From Ascoidea asiatica JCM 7603 (Eukaryota > Fungi > Ascomycota): DNA of 64,000 bases. This document shows, one piece after another, positions 59,044 through 64,000 of this stretch. A program made the position numbers and the translations under genes. The notes beneath the pieces were generated by a model. That model saw only the letters and a list, made by a program, of their open reading frames with translations. It did no database searches and was not told the origin of the DNA. The stretch spans positions 590,717 through 654,716 of the forward strand of contig BCKQ01000001.1 of NCBI GenBank assembly GCA_001600695.1. The letters run 5' to 3'. How positions within the stretch are numbered: the stretch's first letter is position 1; every line of letters starts with the position of its first letter.

Positions 59044-60669
59044 TTAGAATCCCATTCTTTCGATAACATAATTTTGAGCTAGTAAACCTATTGATAAGCT
59101 TAAACCTTCTCTTATCCAATCTTTAACCCATTCAGAAGGATCAATATATTCTTCAATATTATCATCATCTGTATAATTATTTTTATTTTGATTTATAGTT
59201 GTATTGTTTGTATCGTCATTTTTATTTTTAATATCTTTTTCTTTTTCATTTTCTTGATCTTTAATATCTAAAGATTTTTCAGATAACCATTTAGCCCATT
59301 TTACTGGAAAAGATTGACTTTTAAGTTCAATGGATATATCATGTTCTAAATCTTTTAAAATAAATAAAAATTGAAAATTATTATTATTTTCTTCTTTAAT
59401 TTTTAAAAAATTTGATTGATTATTATTGTTGCTACTATTTAAACCTGAAATTAAAGGTATAACAGAAATTAAAATATGAGAAGTTCTTGAACTTAATTCT
59501 TTTAATTGTATTTTTTCAACAGTTGAATAATTTTTATTTATTGTTGCTAAAGTTTTTATACCATTATCAATATTTGCTAATAATAATTTTTCTGCATTAA
59601 TATCATTACCAATAAAAAAATCTAAGAATTTTGATTTGGATAAATCAGATAAATCATTATCATTATCATTATATAATTTAGTCATTTCTAAAAGTGAAAT
59701 TAATTTAAAATAATTTTGATTATCATTTATTGTAGTTGTAGTTGTAGTTGTGGTTTTTGTTGCACTTTTTTGATTATTTTTAATAATTTTTTTGTTAAAA
59801 TTATTTATTTCAATTAATATATTACCTTGAACTTGAGATAAAACTTTATTAAAATTTTTATAAATTAAATAATTTAAATAATTAAAATTAATTAATTGAT
59901 CATTAATTATATAAATTTTTAAAATTTCATTATATGAATTATATTTTCTTAAAATACTATTATTTGAATTATGTAATTGAGATTGTTGTATTGAATTTGT
60001 AGTTGTTTTAATTTGATCAGAAACTGTTGAAACAAAAGAAGATAAAAATCCACCAACATTTTTAGTTGAAGATTCTAATTTTTTTGAAATATTATTTTGA
60101 TTTGAATTTTCTTTAACAGATGAAGAAATATCTTCAACTACATGAGAAGCAGAATCAAATAAAGAATTTACAGTTTTAGAACCAGAAGAACCCCACCAAT
60201 TTGAAAAAGAAGTGATTGGATCATTGATTGGAGTATCATCATAATCATTATCATTATTAGATGAATTTAATGGATTTGAATTTTCGACTGATTGTTTTTC
60301 ATTTTCATTATCATTTTGAGTAATATTTTCCTTTTCTTTACCTTTACTATTTTCGGATTTTAAATTTTGATTAGTTGAGATAAATTCTTGATTATTAGTC
60401 TTAGTTGCAGTTGAGGTTGTAGTTATAGCAGATGATGATGATGTTGGTAAAGAATTTGCAGGTTTTAAAGATTTATTTTTATCTGAAGCATTTTGAGTTA
60501 ATTCATCTAAGAAATCTAAAATATCATTATCATCATCATTATTTGAATTATCATTATTTAAATTATTATTAATATCATTTGATTGAGAATTTGATTTTTT
60601 ATCATCTGGTAATGAATCTAAAAATTGAAGAACATCATCTTCTTCAGTTGAATCTTTAGAATTTGACAT
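59044..60669 (-). CDS. MTC1: Maintenance of telomere capping protein 1 family
   Basis: DDVLQFLDSLP, DILDFLDEL, DPITSFSNWWGSSG, SQSFPVKWAKWL, IDPSEWVKDWIREGLSLSIGLLAQNYVIERMGF. Confidence 0.9.
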   Translation of the reverse strand: MSNSKDSTEEDDVLQFLDSLPDDKKSNSQSNDINNNLNNDNSNNDDDNDILDFLDELTQNASDKNKSLKPANSLPTSSSSAITTTSTATKTNNQEFISTNQNLKSENSKGKEKENITQNDNENEKQSVENSNPLNSSNNDNDYDDTPINDPITSFSNWWGSSGSKTVNSLFDSASHVVEDISSSVKENSNQNNISKKLESSTKNVGGFLSSFVSTVSDQIKTTTNSIQQSQLHNSNNSILRKYNSYNEILKIYIINDQLINFNYLNYLIYKNFNKVLSQVQGNILIEINNFNKKIIKNNQKSATKTTTTTTTTINDNQNYFKLISLLEMTKLYNDNDNDLSDLSKSKFLDFFIGNDINAEKLLLANIDNGIKTLATINKNYSTVEKIQLKELSSRTSHILISVIPLISGLNSSNNNNQSNFLKIKEENNNNFQFLFILKDLEHDISIELKSQSFPVKWAKWLSEKSLDIKDQENEKEKDIKNKNDDTNNTTINQNKNNYTDDDNIEEYIDPSEWVKDWIREGLSLSIGLLAQNYVIERMGF

Positions 60670-61431
60670 TATTTAGTTATTTATAATATGTTATATTATG
60701 TGGAAATCGAAATTGATATTAAAATTGAGGAATGAAGAAAGACAAGCAATGAATTATATTGATCAATTGTCTTTGGAAAAAAAGAACAAAGCAGTTTGTA
60801 TTTTGTAGTTTGTAGTTATTAATGGGTTTCTGCTTGTATTGATTAAATAAATACCTTTTACTATCCAATTCCTTAAATGGCCAGTTTACTTCACTAACTT
60901 TAATACCATGAATACATCACCATAAATAAATAAGTAAATAAATAAATAGATAAAAGTGCAACAAACAGCAAAACAGAAGCTGAGAGACAGACCCACAGAA
61001 ATGGTACTACCATGAAAGAGGGTCATGTAAAGTAGAGTGGTTAAATGTATAATCTTTAAAATCCAGAACCACGGATCTACCACTTGTAAGGAACTACCAC
61101 CCAAACGGATCTACCAATGGGACGGCTTATTTGGAGTTTCTGTTTCTGATTGTGTCTTGTGCTCACGTGCCATACACGAACTGTCAGCCAGGGACAAAAC
61201 GGCGCTGGAGACACAGCTCCTCCGCTGCCTCTGCAACGCTGATGAAACCTTTCCTTCTGCTGGATCAACATCTGAAATATTCCAAAAAGTACTTCAATTG
61301 CAATAAATAATTCAATATATCAATGCAAACAAATAAATATATAAATAAATAATAACTAGATATTGAAATTTGATCCAAAGTAAAAATTTGGTTAACAATC
61401 AAAAAGCTATAAATGCGATTGAAATTATGAA

Positions 61432-64000
61432 ATGGAAGGTACATCTACTTCTACTTCTATAAAAGACAATTCCAATTCCAATTCAAATACAAATAACATT
61501 TTAAATACTTCATCTTCAGTCCTTTCTGATTCAATAAATTCAAATATATCCAATGATCAGAATAATATTGGGAATAATACGAACAATAATATAAATAATG
61601 GAAATAATACTAACAATGACTTACCTTCAATTGATTCAAATGTAGTGCTACCTTTATATCCTTTACTTGATACTCTTGCAATAACTTTACTATTCATTTG
61701 CTTTCCACCTTCTTTAAGTTGTATTCTTCTTGGTTTATATGCTTTATCTGCTTCTTCAAGTGCAATGATTGCAAAACTATTAGGTTCCTCTTTGAAATTT
61801 TCATCATACTCTTCAGCATCTTCAACATCCACAACATCATCTTCAATTTCAAATAATAATGATAATATTGGTCTATTCTCATATTTAACTTCATTATTAA
61901 TTCCAACTTGTATTGCATTATTAGTAGATATATCAATATCTTTATTACTTCATTCTTTTTTCTCTGTTTCAACTTTACAATTCATTCAATTATTAGCAAA
62001 AGCAACTCTTGCTTCAAATCTTTCTGGTAATAATAAAAATTTATTTAATAGAGCTTTTTTTTCAACTTTAATTATAATTTTATTAATTTATTTAAAAAAA
62101 TTCTTAACTAATTTAATCATAATTAATTTAAATTTAATTGATTTTGATTCAAATAATTATTTAGAAAATTCAGAAGAAATTTTAAATAATTTTTTATATA
62201 AAAATTTTCCAAATTTAATATCAAGCTCTAACTCTAACTCAAATTCAAATTCAAATTCAATTTTTTCTTTAGTATTTAATTTAATTAATGTTATTTTGAA
62301 TTTTTTTAATTTCATTTCAAATTTTTTAAAAATTTTACATCCTTCTTCAATTTATCAATTTAATATACCAAATATAAATAGTAATATAGACAATTTAAAC
62401 GATATAAATGATATAAATGATAATATAGATAATTTTGATAATATTTCAATAATTTCAAATTCTAATTATTCTATTTTTTTACATTATCTTTATTTATTCT
62501 ATTTATATTATTCAAAAATTTTTGATTTTTTTATCATTCATTTTTATTCTGGTTTATCTTTTCATGTTTTATTCTTAGGTATTTCTCCAACTATAAAAAA
62601 TTTTTTTCTTTTTAAATCTTATTCAAAATCTTTAGATCAATTATCTTCAATATCTCCTCTTTATAATTCTTTTACAAAATCAATTAATTTAGATTCTCAA
62701 AGTGATGATAAATCTGAAATTCAAATTCAAAATATTCCTTTAAATCCAAATCAATCACAAAATATATCCCAAAATCAAAATCAAAATCAAAATCAAAGTC
62801 AAAATCAAAATCAAAACCAAAATCAATCTCAAGTTCAATCTCAATCTCAATCTCAAACAATACCTTCAAATTCAAATTTTAATAATAACAATAACAATAA
62901 CAATATTCCTTTAGAGAATAATATAAATTTATCTCAAAATCAAAACCCTTTATTGCCTTCAAATATAAATACAAATTTAGTAAATGATTCAAATCTTAAT
63001 GATACTAATACTATCAATACTTTTATAACTAAAACTCCATCTGATTCAAATTATGCAATTGAAGTAATTGTACCTCAAGAAATTTCTTTAATAACTTTAC
63101 CTTATGATAATGAATTAAATAATGATATAAATAATAATGATGTAAATATAAATATAAATTCTAGTTTTAATAATATAAATAATGATGAAACTCAAGCTCC
63201 TGCAACTTTTCCTCAAACTTCAAAAAATGAAATTAATGATTATCAATTAAATACATTATCTTCTTCAATTTCTGTAGTTGCAAATAATTTTGAAAATTTT
63301 TGTATATTACCATTTAATTCTTCAATTTCAATTAAAAAATCAAATAGAAAATTAGCTCTGGTTAAAGAAAATCAACCATTATGGTCTTTAATTGCTGCAA
63401 TTAGATCTATGTTTCTAAAAACTGATTATTATTCTGGTAATACAAATATTAATATTGATGATATTAATAATAATAATGGTACTGGTAATAATAATAATAA
63501 TAGTGAAAATAATAATGGTGATGAAAATCATTTACAATTAACTTTATATGATAGATATGTTAAATCAGAAAATCCAATTAGATCATTTATTTGTTTTATA
63601 AGTGAAACAACAATTGCTGTACAAATTGAAAATGTTGAAATTAATGATTTAGTTGTAGTTGTAAATGATGTACCATGGTATCAAGTTTCAAGTGGATCAT
63701 CATATAATAATGAAATGATAATTATTGGTGGTTTAAGTCCAAATTTTAGATATGTTTTGAAATTTTTTAATATTATTAAAAGTTTTAAAAAAACTAATAT
63801 TAATAGTTTAGATGATGATAATGATGATTCAATTAAAGTTTTATTATCAGAGCATATTGTTACAACCATTTCGGGACCTTATGATATTAATAAATTAGAT
63901 AATGAGAATGATAATGATAGTAAAGATAATGATATTATCAAAGAAGAAATTAAAGATAAAAATTCATTATCAGATTCAACAGCACAATCAGTTAGAACTA
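61432..64000 (+). CDS. AcrB/Nnf2 (YEL043W-like) family membrane protein, 5' part (runs off the window)
   Basis: Manual translation: frame open from ATG 61432 to the end; LYPLLDTLAITLLFICFP TM region, NNFENFC, ENQPLWSLIAAIRSMF, then FnIII-like FISETTIAVQI...VVVNDVPWYQV...IIGGLSPNFRYVLKF. Confidence 0.75.
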   Translation, partial: MEGTSTSTSIKDNSNSNSNTNNILNTSSSVLSDSINSNISNDQNNIGNNTNNNINNGNNTNNDLPSIDSNVVLPLYPLLDTLAITLLFICFPPSLSCILLGLYALSASSSAMIAKLLGSSLKFSSYSSASSTSTTSSSISNNNDNIGLFSYLTSLLIPTCIALLVDISISLLLHSFFSVSTLQFIQLLAKATLASNLSGNNKNLFNRAFFSTLIIILLIYLKKFLTNLIIINLNLIDFDSNNYLENSEEILNNFLYKNFPNLISSSNSNSNSNSNSIFSLVFNLINVILNFFNFISNFLKILHPSSIYQFNIPNINSNIDNLNDINDINDNIDNFDNISIISNSNYSIFLHYLYLFYLYYSKIFDFFIIHFYSGLSFHVLFLGISPTIKNFFLFKSYSKSLDQLSSISPLYNSFTKSINLDSQSDDKSEIQIQNIPLNPNQSQNISQNQNQNQNQSQNQNQNQNQSQVQSQSQSQTIPSNSNFNNNNNNNNIPLENNINLSQNQNPLLPSNINTNLVNDSNLNDTNTINTFITKTPSDSNYAIEVIVPQEISLITLPYDNELNNDINNNDVNININSSFNNINNDETQAPATFPQTSKNEINDYQLNTLSSSISVVANNFENFCILPFNSSISIKKSNRKLALVKENQPLWSLIAAIRSMFLKTDYYSGNTNINIDDINNNNGTGNNNNNSENNNGDENHLQLTLYDRYVKSENPIRSFICFISETTIAVQIENVEINDLVVVVNDVPWYQVSSGSSYNNEMIIIGGLSPNFRYVLKFFNIIKSFKKTNINSLDDDNDDSIKVLLSEHIVTTISGPYDINKLDNENDNDSKDNDIIKEEIKDKNSLSDSTAQSVRT

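Noticed and set aside
60886-61306. Short ORFs in the MTC1/AcrB-like divergent promoter
   Set aside because: Chance ORFs in a GC-richer promoter containing a CACGTG box

Overview
AT-rich budding-yeast (Saccharomycotina) chromosomal DNA with Asn/Gln-rich proteins. The style resembles Ascoidea-type genomes, but the species cannot be fixed from sequence alone. It holds about 23 protein-coding genes, four with short spliceosomal introns that the ORF track misses (PUP3, CMC2, CRP1/MDG1-like, EMC5) and two truncated by the window edges. Most are recognisable housekeeping genes: PRY/CAP pair, PUP3, CMC2, BIM1, MRPL25, AFG3, NOT3, CST6/ACA1, MNN9, UBX5, DAL5-family permease, IRC5, RSC8, EMC5, ACH1, MTC1 and an NNF2/AcrB-family gene. 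No tRNA, rRNA or intact transposon was seen. The standout is a three-gene island at 49-58.6 kb. Two paralogous proteins carry a stand-alone Pim1/Lon N-terminal substrate-binding domain with no AAA+ module, no protease domain and no obvious mitochondrial presequence. One is embedded in Q/N prion-like sequence with oligopeptide repeats, and the other appears to have a tandem second Lon-N beta-subdomain. Between them sits a Yvh1-like phosphatase with an intact catalytic motif but half of its Zn ligands missing. Other points: an inverted duplication of PRY genes with their promoters around a repeat- and relic-rich spacer, an Irc5 with a ~550-aa insertion splitting the ATPase, ~1-kb AUG-free leaders on several genes, and several clustered TF-site arrays. 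All homology calls are from motif recognition by eye, not database searches.
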